A stretch of DNA of 64,000 bases from Candidatus Nomurabacteria bacterium (GCA_943348755.1 CALQYS010000003.1:2482-66481), one strand, 5' to 3'; counted from the first letter of the stretch, positions 1 to 10,630 are shown. The notes: generated by a model not told the origin, from the letters alone. Program-made: numbers and translations.

Positions 1-87
1 AAAGCCAGTTCCTGCACCCAAATCCGCCACGATGAAATCCTCCCTTAACCCCAGAGCCTTTAGATTTTTTATTGGGTCCGTGAACAT
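1..87 (-). CDS. class I SAM-dependent methyltransferase, N-terminus (runs off window)
   Basis: Manual translation MFTDPIKNLKALGLREDFIVADLGAGTGF contains SAM motif I (VADLGAGTG); extended -10 box 6 nt upstream. Confidence 0.8.
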   Translation of the reverse strand, partial: MFTDPIKNLKALGLREDFIVADLGAGTGF

Positions 88-103
88 GGATTAATTATAG
101 CAT

Positions 104-2566
104 TTATATACAAGCAAGAGATGCTATCCCGTCTCCTCCTCGCAAACGCATGATAGTCACACCCTGGGTTTGACGGCCAAGAGATGAAATATCTTTCAAC
201 GCTGTCCTGATGACCTGCCCCTTTTTAGACATTGCGATTAATTCCTGTTCTTCCCCGGTGAGCACTTTAGCCACAATTAATTTGCCAGTCTTTGGGGTTA
301 CTTTGGCAGTCTTTATGCCGGAACCTCCACGTTTCTGGACTTTATACTCTTCTAGGCTGGTCTTTTTACCAAAGCCATTTGCGCTCATCGTTAGGAACGC
401 TCCGCTTTTTTGATCTTTTTTAACGACATCCACACCGATAACCGCATCGTCTTTGCCTAATTTTATTCCGCGCACACCACCGGCCGTTCTGCCCATCTCT
501 CTGATATCAGATTCTTTAAATCTGATGGATTGACCTTGTCCGGTAGCAACCATGACTTCGTCACCTTTTTCAGTTATTAGCGCAGATATGAGCTGATCAT
601 CCTTATCGAGACGAATGGCAATGATCCCGCTGCGACGTACATCCTTGAAAGATTGCGATGTCATTTTCTTGGCTGTTCCATTTTTGGTTACAAGCATAAG
701 AGAAGTTGGAGAAATGTCCTTTTCCTTTGGCATAGCTAAAATAGAATTGACTTTTTCTTCAGCTGAAAGCGAAAGGAAATTCATGATTGATTTACCACGA
801 GTCGCTCGGCGCGCTTCGGGAATCTCATACATTTTCATTTGATACACCTTCCCAAGATTGGTGAAGAAAAGAAGGTTGCTGTGAGTAGAACCAGATACAA
901 GCATGGTGACAAAGTCCTCCTCTTTGGTTTCGAGATCAATCACGCCCACTCCTCCACGCTTTTGGGCCCGATATTCAGACGGATCAGTGCATTTGACATA
1001 TCCACCAGCCGTAAGCACGAGCATGGTCTCTTTTTCTGGCACCAGATCTTCATCAGAAATTTCTTTTACCCCGCCTTTTACTATTTTTGTTCTCCTTTCG
1101 TCAGTATATTTGGAACGGATTTCTGCCAATTCACCTGAAATGGTTTTTAGAATTTTCTTTGGACTCGCCAACAGATCTTTCATTTCTGCGATAAACTTTT
1201 GCTTTTCTTTGAGCTCATCCTCGACTGCCTGACGTTCTAGTCCGGCCAGTTTAGACAACTTCATTTCCAAAATTGCTGTTGCTTGCAAGTCAGAAAATTT
1301 GAACTCTTTCATGAGGTTTAATTTTGCAATTTGGGAATTTTTAGAAGCACGGATAACTGATATAACTCTATCTATTTTATCCAAAGCCTTTTTAAGACCC
1401 AGCAAGATGTGCTCACGCTCTTCGGCTCTTTTTAAGTCATAAATGCTTCTTCTTTTGACTATCTCTTTGCGATGTAGGACAAATTGTTCGAGGATGGATT
1501 TGAGTGAAAGAGTCTGAGGAACCCCATCCACAAGCGCCACAATATTGAAATTGAAATTTGATTCAAGTTGGGTATTTTTGTAAATATAATTTAAGACCTT
1601 TTCTGGATGCGCGCTACTCTTTAGATCAATAACTATTCTTATATCTTTAGCTGATTCATCACGAAGACCTTTTATACCCTCAAGTTTCTTTTCCTGCACT
1701 AATTCAGCTATCGCCATTATTAAATTAGATTTGTTTACACGAAATGGAATAGAGGTAATGACGATGGAGAAATTCCCATCTTTTTGCTCAACAATCTCGG
1801 CTTCTCCCCTACATACCACACCCCCACGACCCCCAGAATACGCATGAAGCATATCTTTATATCCATAAGCGATACCCCCCGTAGGAAAGTCAGGCCCTTT
1901 GATGAACTGCATTAAATCTTCGGTCGTAGCATCTTCATTGTCTATAAGGTGAGTCGTCGCATCTAGTACCTCCCCTAAATTATGCGGAGGAATATTTGTG
2001 GCCATACCAACCGCGATACCTAAAGTACCGTTTAAAAGTAGTGCCGGAACACTAGAGGGAAAAACTGTTGGTTCTTTGCGCGTCTGGTCATAGTTGGGAC
2101 GAAAATCAACCGTCTCTTTTTCTAAATCCCGTAAAAGCTCAGAGGAAATTTTAGACATCTTAGCTTCGGTGTAACGCATCGCCGCGGCGTTATCTCCATC
2201 AATCGAGCCGAAGTTCCCCTGACCTAAGATGAAAGGATAACGATAAGAAAACTCTTGAGCCATACCCACCATCGAATCATAAACAGCGACGTCTCCATGC
2301 GGATGATATTTACCAAGCACATCTCCGACGACTGCGGCTGATTTACGGAAACGAGCTGAAGAAGTTAAACCCATTTCGTGCATAGCATACAAAATCCTTC
2401 TATGCACTGGCTTGAGTCCATCCCTCACATCTGGCAAAGCACGCGAAGTGATGACAGACATCGCGTATGCCAAATAAGACTCTTTCATTTCCCCCACTAC
2501 ATCCACTGGGAGAATTTTATCCATATTATTCATACCTTCTTTTGTTTCTAAAGACTTCTTTGCCAT
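104..2566 (-). CDS. gyrA: DNA gyrase subunit A
   Basis: [30 protein letters not shown] catalytic Tyr, GyrA-box QKRGGVG, beta-pinwheel CTD. Confidence 0.97.
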   Translation of the reverse strand: MAKKSLETKEGMNNMDKILPVDVVGEMKESYLAYAMSVITSRALPDVRDGLKPVHRRILYAMHEMGLTSSARFRKSAAVVGDVLGKYHPHGDVAVYDSMVGMAQEFSYRYPFILGQGNFGSIDGDNAAAMRYTEAKMSKISSELLRDLEKETVDFRPNYDQTRKEPTVFPSSVPALLLNGTLGIAVGMATNIPPHNLGEVLDATTHLIDNEDATTEDLMQFIKGPDFPTGGIAYGYKDMLHAYSGGRGGVVCRGEAEIVEQKDGNFSIVITSIPFRVNKSNLIMAIAELVQEKKLEGIKGLRDESAKDIRIVIDLKSSAHPEKVLNYIYKNTQLESNFNFNIVALVDGVPQTLSLKSILEQFVLHRKEIVKRRSIYDLKRAEEREHILLGLKKALDKIDRVISVIRASKNSQIAKLNLMKEFKFSDLQATAILEMKLSKLAGLERQAVEDELKEKQKFIAEMKDLLASPKKILKTISGELAEIRSKYTDERRTKIVKGGVKEISDEDLVPEKETMLVLTAGGYVKCTDPSEYRAQKRGGVGVIDLETKEEDFVTMLVSGSTHSNLLFFTNLGKVYQMKMYEIPEARRATRGKSIMNFLSLSAEEKVNSILAMPKEKDISPTSLMLVTKNGTAKKMTSQSFKDVRRSGIIAIRLDKDDQLISALITEKGDEVMVATGQGQSIRFKESDIREMGRTAGGVRGIKLGKDDAVIGVDVVKKDQKSGAFLTMSANGFGKKTSLEEYKVQKRGGSGIKTAKVTPKTGKLIVAKVLTGEEQELIAMSKKGQVIRTALKDISSLGRQTQGVTIMRLRGGDGIASLACI

Positions 2567-2571
2567 ATTAT

Positions 2572-2829
2572 TTATTGTGTATTTAGATCTTTATTTTGAT
2601 CGGAGTTGGTAAAACTTTGATATCCACCGACTAGGTTATCCTTAAGTGCAGAAAGGGGCCTTAGTTCATTTGCAGCTTTTGCTTGAATGTCTCCATTATT
2701 CAAATTTTTCCCTAAGGAATAGAGCCAAAGAAAAACCAAAATAACAGCAAAAATTGTGATCAAAATATGTAAAATATGTGTTCTGACTTCTTCCGGCTGT
2801 TGTCTTATTTTGTGAATAATTTTTCTCAT
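2572..2829 (-). CDS. small single-TM hypothetical protein
   Basis: 85 aa, one hydrophobic helix, tightly packed in operon. Confidence 0.7.
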   Translation of the reverse strand: MRKIIHKIRQQPEEVRTHILHILITIFAVILVFLWLYSLGKNLNNGDIQAKAANELRPLSALKDNLVGGYQSFTNSDQNKDLNTQ

Positions 2830-2834
2830 AAGTT

Positions 2835-3461
2835 TTACGCAGCTTTTAGAACTACCACCTCTCCTTCTTTGCCGTCTAGATCTTTCGACTTAAGTGTCAG
2901 TTTGTCTACTACTTCAGCTTTTTCTTCTCCAATTTCTTTCAAGAAGGATTTTAGACTCTTTTCATCATAATCCATTGGAATGATCATTTTGGGTTCAAGT
3001 GATAGGGCAAGCTTAGTGGAAACTTTAGCATCAAGCAGGTCTCCCCCTCCGATCGGCACAAAAAGAATATCTGGATTATTGATAGCCTCAAGCGCTTCTT
3101 TGGTAAGATCTCCATTCGATAAGGTTCCTAAAAATACCACGTTAATATTATCTATGGAAAAAACGTAAATGGTATTAATGTATTTTTTGCCGCCGATCGA
3201 AGCATCGGACAGCACTCCTTTAATAAAAATTTCTTTTATTTCATAATCCCCAGGACCAGTAATGGCAAAAGGGACGCGTTCTCCGTGAGTTAGCTGCTCT
3301 AGACCATTATAGTCGGGGTGGTTGGTGGTAACAAGCGCAATATCCGCACCAAAATGAGCACTGATACCTGATTTAGAGCTCTTACTAACAGGGTTAAAAG
3401 ACAGGACTGTCTCACCTTGTTGAATTTTAAAAAATTGGCGTCCGTTGTATGTGATTATCAT
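2835..3461 (-). CDS. metallo-beta-lactamase-fold protein (Lactamase_B_3-like, degenerate metal motif)
   Basis: MIITYNG start, TTNHPDYN, ITGPGDYEIKEIFIKG, ILFVPIGG, IIPMDY. Confidence 0.8.
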   Translation of the reverse strand: MIITYNGRQFFKIQQGETVLSFNPVSKSSKSGISAHFGADIALVTTNHPDYNGLEQLTHGERVPFAITGPGDYEIKEIFIKGVLSDASIGGKKYINTIYVFSIDNINVVFLGTLSNGDLTKEALEAINNPDILFVPIGGGDLLDAKVSTKLALSLEPKMIIPMDYDEKSLKSFLKEIGEEKAEVVDKLTLKSKDLDGKEGEVVVLKAA

Positions 3462-3625
3462 TACGAGTTGCATTCTATCATGTTTTTTGCTATAGTGAAA
3501 GTATTAAAAGCATGGATTTAGGATAACCTTTTGACATTCTGTCAGAAACCCTAGTCTTATATCCGCTTGGGGCAATCCAAAAACATATGCGCCCGTTAGC
3601 GGATTTTTTTGTTAAAAATAATTTT

Positions 3626-4714
3626 ATGATTAAGGAAGAAACGTTAGTAGTCCCAGAAGAAAATACAGTTTTAAGTTCAATTTTAAGTCGCAGTGTAAAT
3701 AAACCAGAAGTAGACTCTTTGGTTGAGGGATCAGTTATTAGCGTTGAGAAATCATCAGTTTATGTCGACCTGGCACCATATGGAACAGGCATTATTTATG
3801 GTCGCGAATTTATCAACGCGAGAGACATAATTAAAAAAATCAATCTCGGTGATATTATAAAAGCCAAAGTTGTTGAAATAGAAAATGAAAATGGATATAT
3901 CGAGCTTTCTCTGAAAGAAGCAAAACAGGCACTTACTTGGAACGAAGCGGAAAAAGCGATAAAAGACAAAACGGTAATGAGCTTGGAAATAAAAGATGCA
4001 AACAAGGGTGGGCTGATTTTGGAATGGCAAGGTATACAAGGATTTTTACCCGCATCTCAACTCAAGGCGGATCATTATCCTCGCGTGCTCGACTCTGATA
4101 AAGACAAAATCCTTAAAGAACTTAAAAAATTAGTGGGGCAAAAGATTTCCGTTATGATTATATCTACTCTTCCAAAGGAGGGTAAATTAATATTCTCAGA
4201 GAAAGACAACAACCCTGAAGAAAAGAAAGAGATCTTAAGCAAGTATACTGTGGGTGAAGAACTAGATTGCACCGTGGCTGGACTAGTGGACTTCGGAGTG
4301 TTCGTAAAACTAGAAGATGGACTTGAGGGGCTCGTGCATATTTCTGAACTTGATTGGGGATTAGTAGAAAATCCTCGCACAATGTTTAAGATAGGAGACA
4401 AAATACGCGCCAAAGTCATTGAAATAAAGGATGGCAAAATATCTCTTTCTATCAAGGCCTTAAAGGAAAATCCTTGGAAAGAATTTGAGGGGAAATTGAA
4501 AAAGGGAGACATAATTAAAGGGGTGGTTATCAAGTACAACAAGCATGGAGCGCTCATCTCTATAAAGGAAGGTGTGGCTGGTTTGGTACACAACTCTACT
4601 TTTAGTTCAGAAAGCAAGCTACGTGAAAAACTTGAACTTGGGAAAAATTATAATTTCCAAATTACCTTATTTGAACCGAAGGATCAAAAAATGACATTGG
4701 TACATTTAGAATAA
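3626..4714 (+). CDS. rpsA: 30S ribosomal protein S1 (four S1 domains)
   Basis: S1 repeats (GFLPASQL, FGVFVKLEDGLEGLVHISEL); start at 3626 is inferred. Confidence 0.9.
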   Translation: MIKEETLVVPEENTVLSSILSRSVNKPEVDSLVEGSVISVEKSSVYVDLAPYGTGIIYGREFINARDIIKKINLGDIIKAKVVEIENENGYIELSLKEAKQALTWNEAEKAIKDKTVMSLEIKDANKGGLILEWQGIQGFLPASQLKADHYPRVLDSDKDKILKELKKLVGQKISVMIISTLPKEGKLIFSEKDNNPEEKKEILSKYTVGEELDCTVAGLVDFGVFVKLEDGLEGLVHISELDWGLVENPRTMFKIGDKIRAKVIEIKDGKISLSIKALKENPWKEFEGKLKKGDIIKGVVIKYNKHGALISIKEGVAGLVHNSTFSSESKLREKLELGKNYNFQITLFEPKDQKMTLVHLE

Positions 4715-4720
4715 AATAAA

Positions 4721-4741
4721 TAACCCCGTTTTACGGGGCTA
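4721..4741. terminator. hairpin between convergent genes, probable bidirectional terminator
   Basis: CCCCGT-TTT-ACGGGG flanked by A/T-rich tracts. Confidence 0.65.
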
Positions 4742-4755
4742 TGTATTTTATTTAT

Positions 4756-5391
4756 TTAGGCATTAACCATTTCTATTACATCAGCCTCGCCTATGGCATT
4801 CATTATAGACATCACTTGCTGTGCATAACGAGGAACGACAGAGGGAGGATTATATGCACGTAAAATCTGTTTAGTGGTTTTGTCATCATAGTGCCTTGCA
4901 GTCTTCGGATTATTGCCCCCTAAGTTTAATGCCACAGTTTCGATGGCTTCTTCATTAGAATCAAATCCGATTTTACAAGAACCCCAACCGAAAGAGTTAT
5001 TTTTCACTCTATCACAAGCATTTTTACCCCCAGTAGATTCCCTGACAGCTATAGCCGGTAGCAAGCGCCAATCAAGATTGTTTTTTTCTGCTTCAATCAC
5101 CATCTTCATACCCATACCCTCAAGCGGCATATTGTGTGCTCTGAAATAGGCATCGATGGCCTCTGCCTTTTCGGCTTTGGCTTTTTCCGCTTGAAGCTCT
5201 TGATCAGTAGCATTATCAAAAGCTAAAAGGCCGTAAGATTCAATATTTAGTTTTTGTGAAGATACGATTGAGGGAGTATTAACAATGTTGACCACAGCCT
5301 GAGATATAGTTCCGACTGGTGCTCCTGATATTGCTAAAACCGGCAAAACAATAAACGACTCCACGAACCGTACCAATTTTTTATTTTTCAT
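4756..5391 (-). CDS. exported lysozyme-like/glucosaminidase-like cell wall protein
   Basis: N-terminal signal; LDWRLLPAIAVRESTGGK, NNSFGWG, YNPPS motifs. Confidence 0.65.
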   Translation of the reverse strand: MKNKKLVRFVESFIVLPVLAISGAPVGTISQAVVNIVNTPSIVSSQKLNIESYGLLAFDNATDQELQAEKAKAEKAEAIDAYFRAHNMPLEGMGMKMVIEAEKNNLDWRLLPAIAVRESTGGKNACDRVKNNSFGWGSCKIGFDSNEEAIETVALNLGGNNPKTARHYDDKTTKQILRAYNPPSVVPRYAQQVMSIMNAIGEADVIEMVNA

Positions 5392-5517
5392 ATATAGCGG
5401 TTATGCTCCGCGAAACTCATATCTGTATTTAATTTCAGTCAGAAACCTAAAAGGCCCCTTTAACTAAAAAACCCTTATGTAATAAGCTCTAAAGCCTATA
5501 ACTAAGGATATACCCAT

Positions 5518-5546
5518 ATACTAGCATACCTCAGTTTAAAAGTCAA
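5518..5546 (-). promoter_or_regulatory. sigma70-type promoter of the lysozyme-like gene (~120-nt leader)
   Basis: TTGACT-17 bp-TAGTAT with extended TG. Confidence 0.6.
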
Positions 5547-5620
5547 TAGTTAGACAACACTTTTTTAACATGTCAAGCTAAAATAGGCTTGTAAAATAAG
5601 AGTATTTAAAGTGATATCAG

Positions 5621-5726
5621 ACACTAAACATAGCGGAAAAGAGGGCTACGAAGGCCGACGGGCCGTAGTCCTGAGCAAAAATTCAGCAGAATTTTATGCG
5701 TGCCTCTTTTTCGCTATGTTTGGTGT
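5621..5726. repeat. REP/MITE-like branched hairpin overlapping the murC stop
   Basis: Outer stem ACACTAAACATAGCGGAAAAGAGG / CCTCTTTTTCGCTATGTTTGGTGT with two internal stems. Confidence 0.65.
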
Positions 5727-7009
5727 ATTTTAAAGACCTGGTCAGCCACCTTGTAGGCTTCCCCTGCTCCCATAGTCACAAATACATCATTCGGACCAAG
5801 TTCAAGATCTAAAACTGCTTTCTCAGCCGAAGGAAAGTCTGAAAAAGATTGGACTGGGGCTTGTTTACCCGTCACTAAAAAATTAGCACAAATGGCATTA
5901 GATAGTTTTTCACTTGAGACACTTTCATCTTTGTCTTCTCGAGCAAAGTAAATAGGCAGAAGAAGCACTTGATCAGCGTCTTTGAAACTTTTCGCAAAAT
6001 CATCAAAAAAGGCTTTGGTGCGACTATAGAGGTGAGGTTGGAAAAGAACTGTGATTTTTTTACTGCCGAATGGATAAAGTTCGCGTAAAGCTTGTAGGCT
6101 TGCCTTTATTTCCGTGGGATGGTGAGCATAATCATCATAGATAATTGTTCCCTCTTTGGTCTCTCCCCTTTTCTCAAGTCGTCGCCAGGTGCCGGAAAAT
6201 TGAGATAAACTTTTCTGCGCATCTTCTAAATTTATATTTAAAACGTCTGCCACCGCCAAGGCTGCTGCTGCATTCATTCTATTGTGAACACCCGGAACGG
6301 AAAGTTTTGGAACTTTTTCTAAATATTTTAAGTAATCAGTGATGACGTTTTCACTTTGTGAGGCAAGTTGGCCGAAAGCTTCTTTTATATGTGCTAAATC
6401 TTTATAGCAATCTAGGTGGTCAGCCTCAATATTAGTTATTATCGTAATAAAGGGATGGAAATTCAAGAAGTGTCTGTTGTATTCATCTGCCTCGACTACC
6501 AGAAATTCACCAGCTCCTTTTCTAAAATTACTACCTGCCCCGCCATGGCGTGGGCCAAATTTTTCAACAAAGGAGCCGACAACACAAGTTGGATCTAAAC
6601 CCACATCCACCAAAATTTCTGCCACCATGGCCGTGGTCGTCGTCTTGCCATGAGTCCCAGCTATTGCTATGACTTTGTAATCTTTAGCGAAAATTCCAAG
6701 CGCTTCGAAATAAGAAAGAACCGGCTTGCCTGACGACTTTGCCTTTTCGATAATATCTGGCCCTCGATGTAGCCATGCATCACTGTATATGTATAAATCA
6801 GCCTTTGGGATTGCTTTTAAATCTTTTTGGTATACAACTTCTACGCCAGCTTTCTGAAGTGGGTCTAATGTCTTCGGACTATCTTCATCATTTACGCCAG
6901 ATACAATCATGCCCCTCGAAAGTGCCATCTTTGCCAAAGCCGAAATACCGATCCCGCCAATTCCAATGAAAAATACTTTTTTTATTTTTGATAAATCTGA
7001 ATTTTTCAT
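5714..7009 (-). CDS. murC: UDP-N-acetylmuramate--L-alanine ligase
   Basis: FIGIGGIGISALA, GTHGKTTT, VEADE, DDYAHHPTEI, FQPHLYSRT. Confidence 0.95.
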   Translation of the reverse strand: MKNSDLSKIKKVFFIGIGGIGISALAKMALSRGMIVSGVNDEDSPKTLDPLQKAGVEVVYQKDLKAIPKADLYIYSDAWLHRGPDIIEKAKSSGKPVLSYFEALGIFAKDYKVIAIAGTHGKTTTTAMVAEILVDVGLDPTCVVGSFVEKFGPRHGGAGSNFRKGAGEFLVVEADEYNRHFLNFHPFITIITNIEADHLDCYKDLAHIKEAFGQLASQSENVITDYLKYLEKVPKLSVPGVHNRMNAAAALAVADVLNINLEDAQKSLSQFSGTWRRLEKRGETKEGTIIYDDYAHHPTEIKASLQALRELYPFGSKKITVLFQPHLYSRTKAFFDDFAKSFKDADQVLLLPIYFAREDKDESVSSEKLSNAICANFLVTGKQAPVQSFSDFPSAEKAVLDLELGPNDVFVTMGAGEAYKVADQVFKIHQT

Positions 7010-8331
7010 TTTAGGTTCCTAACTACTTCCATAAATTTTTCTCCCCTGTCGTACTCATTCTCAAACATACCAAAAGAAGTAAAAGCTGGACTAAAAAGTA
7101 AAATATCTCCGCTCTTTGAGAGTTTATAGGCTCGCTCAACCACACTTTTTAAATCCTTCTCTGTATGTAAAGAAACCTTCAATCTTTTTAAATCAGGAAG
7201 CACTCTGTCTGTTCCCTTACCCGGAATCAAAACCACTTCCCTCACATACCGGATTATATATTTATACAGGTCACCGAAACTTAAATCTTTGTCTGATCCA
7301 CCCATGATAAGTATAATATTTTTCTTGACTGAATTACCAAGTGTCCGAAGAGCAACAGTCGTCGCTTCTGGTGTGGAAGAATTTGTATCATTATAAATTT
7401 TTACATGATTCACTTCTTTTACAAACTCCAGTCTTCCGGGTGGCGTTTGAAAATTCTCAATTACCTTTTGACTCACCTGATCTGGGATATTGAGCACTCG
7501 CGCAACTTCTAAAGCACAAGCGATATTTTCACGATTGTGCTCCCCTCCCAGCTTTATGTTCCATTTTGGTACATTATTTAGATCCGCATTTACAATTTTA
7601 CCCGGCACACCTCTTATCATATTTTTTATCTGAGGTCCCAGAATAAGCACGTCATTTTTTCTCTGGAATTTATAAATATAGGATTTATCAGAAAAATACT
7701 TTTCCATATCATTTTTATAATAATTCATGTGGTCTCCCATGAAATTGGTAAATACTGAAATATGTGGAGAAATCTTCGCTTCGCCGAAGCCTTGCAGCTG
7801 CCAGGACGAAAGCTCGAAGACAACAATGTCTCCATCTTTTACTTCTTTTAGGAGTGGCAGAGCCGCTGTACCTTTGATGTTGCCTCCGAGATGAACCCGT
7901 ATACCGCCCGCTCGTAGTATTTCATAAATGAGCATAGTAACCGTACTTTTGCCACGAGTCCCTGTCACACCCACGATTTTTACCTTCGGCGCAAGTTTAG
8001 CAAATAAAGATTCATCCATTTCTATCGGTATACCCTTACTTCGAGCGTGAGCTATATATGGAGAATCAAGCGCCACTCCTTGACCCTTTAAAACAAAGTC
8101 GCAATTTTCAAAATCTTCCAAACGGTGTTCGCCTAAAACGTATTTAATATTTTTATATTCCTTAAGTTTATTTATCGAAGAAGCCAGATCTTTTTCAGTC
8201 TTCAAATCAGTCACCAAAACTTCTGCTCCGCATTCAGCCAGAAAAGCAATGTCCCCGAGCCTTTTCCCTAAAAGCCCCAGGCCCACCACTGTCACTTTTT
8301 TACCTTTGAAATATGAGCTAAAATTGGTCAT
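7006..8331 (-). CDS. murD: UDP-N-acetylmuramoyl-L-alanine--D-glutamate ligase
   Basis: GVTGTRGKST, ELSSWQL, YNDTNSSTP, LFSPAFTSFGMFENEYDRG. Confidence 0.93.
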   Translation of the reverse strand: MTNFSSYFKGKKVTVVGLGLLGKRLGDIAFLAECGAEVLVTDLKTEKDLASSINKLKEYKNIKYVLGEHRLEDFENCDFVLKGQGVALDSPYIAHARSKGIPIEMDESLFAKLAPKVKIVGVTGTRGKSTVTMLIYEILRAGGIRVHLGGNIKGTAALPLLKEVKDGDIVVFELSSWQLQGFGEAKISPHISVFTNFMGDHMNYYKNDMEKYFSDKSYIYKFQRKNDVLILGPQIKNMIRGVPGKIVNADLNNVPKWNIKLGGEHNRENIACALEVARVLNIPDQVSQKVIENFQTPPGRLEFVKEVNHVKIYNDTNSSTPEATTVALRTLGNSVKKNIILIMGGSDKDLSFGDLYKYIIRYVREVVLIPGKGTDRVLPDLKRLKVSLHTEKDLKSVVERAYKLSKSGDILLFSPAFTSFGMFENEYDRGEKFMEVVRNLK

Positions 8332-8363
8332 AAAATCATATTAACACAAAGGGGTAAAATTGG

Positions 8364-9059
8364 TTATTGGGCCTCCCTGAACTGCTCTAATTTTATGTTT
8401 TTTATCTCTTCGTACACAATTGACCAACCAATTCCAAACAAAAATGCATATAGATATTCCTCTATCACTATGTGAAATATTTTTATCCCTAGAGATCCTT
8501 GGATATTCCATTGAGTCAATATAAACCCCGGAAAAACATAATTGACGAACAATAATGAGCCTATATAAAGAATCATAAAAGCAAAACCACTTATAATACT
8601 TTTTTGTATTAAATCTGGCCTATAAATAACAAAATAAATAAAACCCCAGATCATAAATATAAATAAACTTCTAAGAACGGACCAATTCGTAAAATTTTTT
8701 ATAAAAACAATAGAAATTGCAACTGAAATCATGCAGAAATAAATAAAATAAGCATGGTGCCTAGCTTTTTTGCCATATTTAGATACTTTGAGCGTTCTTT
8801 TAAATACTTCTTCGTATATAACGGCTACAATACCCCCAGTAAAAAAGCACCAAAGTAAACTTTCTATATCAAAAAGACCGAAAAATCTAAATATGACATT
8901 GGGATTCCAATATTCCGGCACAAAAAGGGGCTGGGTTAAGCCAAATGGTAAAAACAAAAGCGAAGAAAAAATTATTTCGTATCTTAAATCTTCACGATGT
9001 ACATATAAAATCAACCATATTAAACCAAAAATTACTGCCCAGGTTAGATATGCATACAT
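8364..9059 (-). CDS. lycopene-cyclase-domain-like multi-TM membrane protein
   Basis: Two repeats of a TM module ending in W..(D/V)IE(S/E); AT-rich. Confidence 0.6.
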   Translation of the reverse strand: MYAYLTWAVIFGLIWLILYVHREDLRYEIIFSSLLFLPFGLTQPLFVPEYWNPNVIFRFFGLFDIESLLWCFFTGGIVAVIYEEVFKRTLKVSKYGKKARHHAYFIYFCMISVAISIVFIKNFTNWSVLRSLFIFMIWGFIYFVIYRPDLIQKSIISGFAFMILYIGSLLFVNYVFPGFILTQWNIQGSLGIKIFHIVIEEYLYAFLFGIGWSIVYEEIKNIKLEQFREAQ

Positions 9060-9064
9060 AAGAT

Positions 9065-10294
9065 TTAATTTAACGCTTTCTTTAATTCTTCCATGTCATC
9101 AAAATGGTACTTCACACCTTTGATTTCCTGATAGTCTTCATGACCTTTACCAGCGCAGAGGATAATATCACCCTTATGCGCCAACCTCACTGCTTCTTTG
9201 ATTGCCTCACGTCTATCTGAAATAGATTTAACTTTTTTTAACATTTCTGGGGTCAAGCCAGTTTTCATCTCGCCGATTATCTTTTCTGGATCCTCACTTC
9301 TAGAATTATCTGAAGTGAAAATAGCAATATCTGAGTGAGTTGCTCCGATCTTGCCCATAATCGTGCGCTTGAGTGGATCACGGTCTCCCCCGCAACCAAA
9401 TACAGAAATGAGTTTTCCTTCTTTTAGTTTCACTTCATGGACCGCCAGAAATATTTTCTCTAATGCATCAGGCGTATGGGCATAATCAACGATGACCAGA
9501 ACTCCGCTTTGAGATGTGAAGTGTTCAAATCTCCCTCTGGGTGGTTGAATATTAGCCAAAATATGTTTGACCTGATGCATATCAAAACCAAGCAGCGAAC
9601 TAGCACTCCAGACGGCAAGTAGGTTATATGCATTAAATTTCCCCAAGAGTTTCGACTTGATCGGAATTTTATTGAAAGATAATTCAAGACCATTAAAGTC
9701 CATTTTATTAATCTCGCCATGAAAATAAACCTTCTCGAAATCTTGTTCAAATCCATAAGAAAACTGATGCGCTTTTATCCCCTCGAGCATCCTTAGACCA
9801 TATGCATCGTCAGCGTTAGTCAGCGAGAAAGCTCTCCTCGGCAACATATTAAAAAACTTCTTTTTCGCTCCAAAATAATTTTCAAAACTTCGGTGGTAAT
9901 CCAAGTGATCGTGTGTAAGGTTTGTAAAAATTCCCCCTACAAAATTTACTCCTGCCACCCTGTTTTGATCGAGTGCATGTGATGAAACTTCCATGAAAAC
10001 ATACTCGCACTTCGCTATCACCATTTCTTTCAACAACTTATTTAGAGCAATCGGGTCAGGAGTGGTATGAGTCGCAGGCCTCACTTTTTCACCTATTATA
10101 TTTTCTACTGTGCCTATCAACCCCGCCTTGTATCCGAGGCCCTTGGCTATCCTATATAAAAGTGTAGCTGTCGTCGTCTTGCCATTTGTACCGGTCACAC
10201 CCACGATTTTTAACCTCTTTGATGGATGACCAAAAAAATGCATTTTAGCTAAAAATGCGATAAACCGTCTCTTAATTTTAAGATTTTTTAACAT
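9065..10294 (-). CDS. murE: UDP-N-acetylmuramoyl-tripeptide synthetase (lacks N-terminal domain)
   Basis: GVTGTNGKTT, MEVSSHALDQ, VDYAHTPDA, FGCGGDRD, DNSR, AGKGHEDYQ. Confidence 0.95.
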   Translation of the reverse strand: MLKNLKIKRRFIAFLAKMHFFGHPSKRLKIVGVTGTNGKTTTATLLYRIAKGLGYKAGLIGTVENIIGEKVRPATHTTPDPIALNKLLKEMVIAKCEYVFMEVSSHALDQNRVAGVNFVGGIFTNLTHDHLDYHRSFENYFGAKKKFFNMLPRRAFSLTNADDAYGLRMLEGIKAHQFSYGFEQDFEKVYFHGEINKMDFNGLELSFNKIPIKSKLLGKFNAYNLLAVWSASSLLGFDMHQVKHILANIQPPRGRFEHFTSQSGVLVIVDYAHTPDALEKIFLAVHEVKLKEGKLISVFGCGGDRDPLKRTIMGKIGATHSDIAIFTSDNSRSEDPEKIIGEMKTGLTPEMLKKVKSISDRREAIKEAVRLAHKGDIILCAGKGHEDYQEIKGVKYHFDDMEELKKALN

Positions 10295-10295
10295 A

Positions 10296-10628
10296 TTACT
10301 CGATAATGGTTGACTCTACTTTTATTGTACTCTCAACTACATTCTTTGTGACAGATTTGATAATTAGATAAATTTTTCTTAAAAGATAGAAAGCTAGAAA
10401 CACAGCAGCTAGGGTCAAAAAGAATAGGAACTTAAAAAACCAATACGGGCCACCAAGGAAATGTGTAAATCCAAAAATAAAGAAAATCACCAAAGACCCG
10501 AAAACAACCAGAGCTGGCAAAACCAATAAATCCAAAAACATACTCCCCACTTGCCCGCCTGCAAATTTCCCCGGATTCTCCTTGGCCTCACTCGCCATTT
10601 TTCTGATTTCTAATATTTGAAAAATCAT
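10296..10628 (-). CDS. hypothetical membrane protein (2 TM)
   Basis: 110 aa, operonic spacing of 1-2 nt. Confidence 0.7.
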   Translation of the reverse strand: MIFQILEIRKMASEAKENPGKFAGGQVGSMFLDLLVLPALVVFGSLVIFFIFGFTHFLGGPYWFFKFLFFLTLAAVFLAFYLLRKIYLIIKSVTKNVVESTIKVESTIIE

Positions 10629-10630
10629 AT

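Noticed and set aside
5392-5515. Possible c-di-AMP or c-di-GMP riboswitch before the cell wall hydrolase
   Set aside because: Long leader with hairpins but no recognisable ydaO or GEMM consensus
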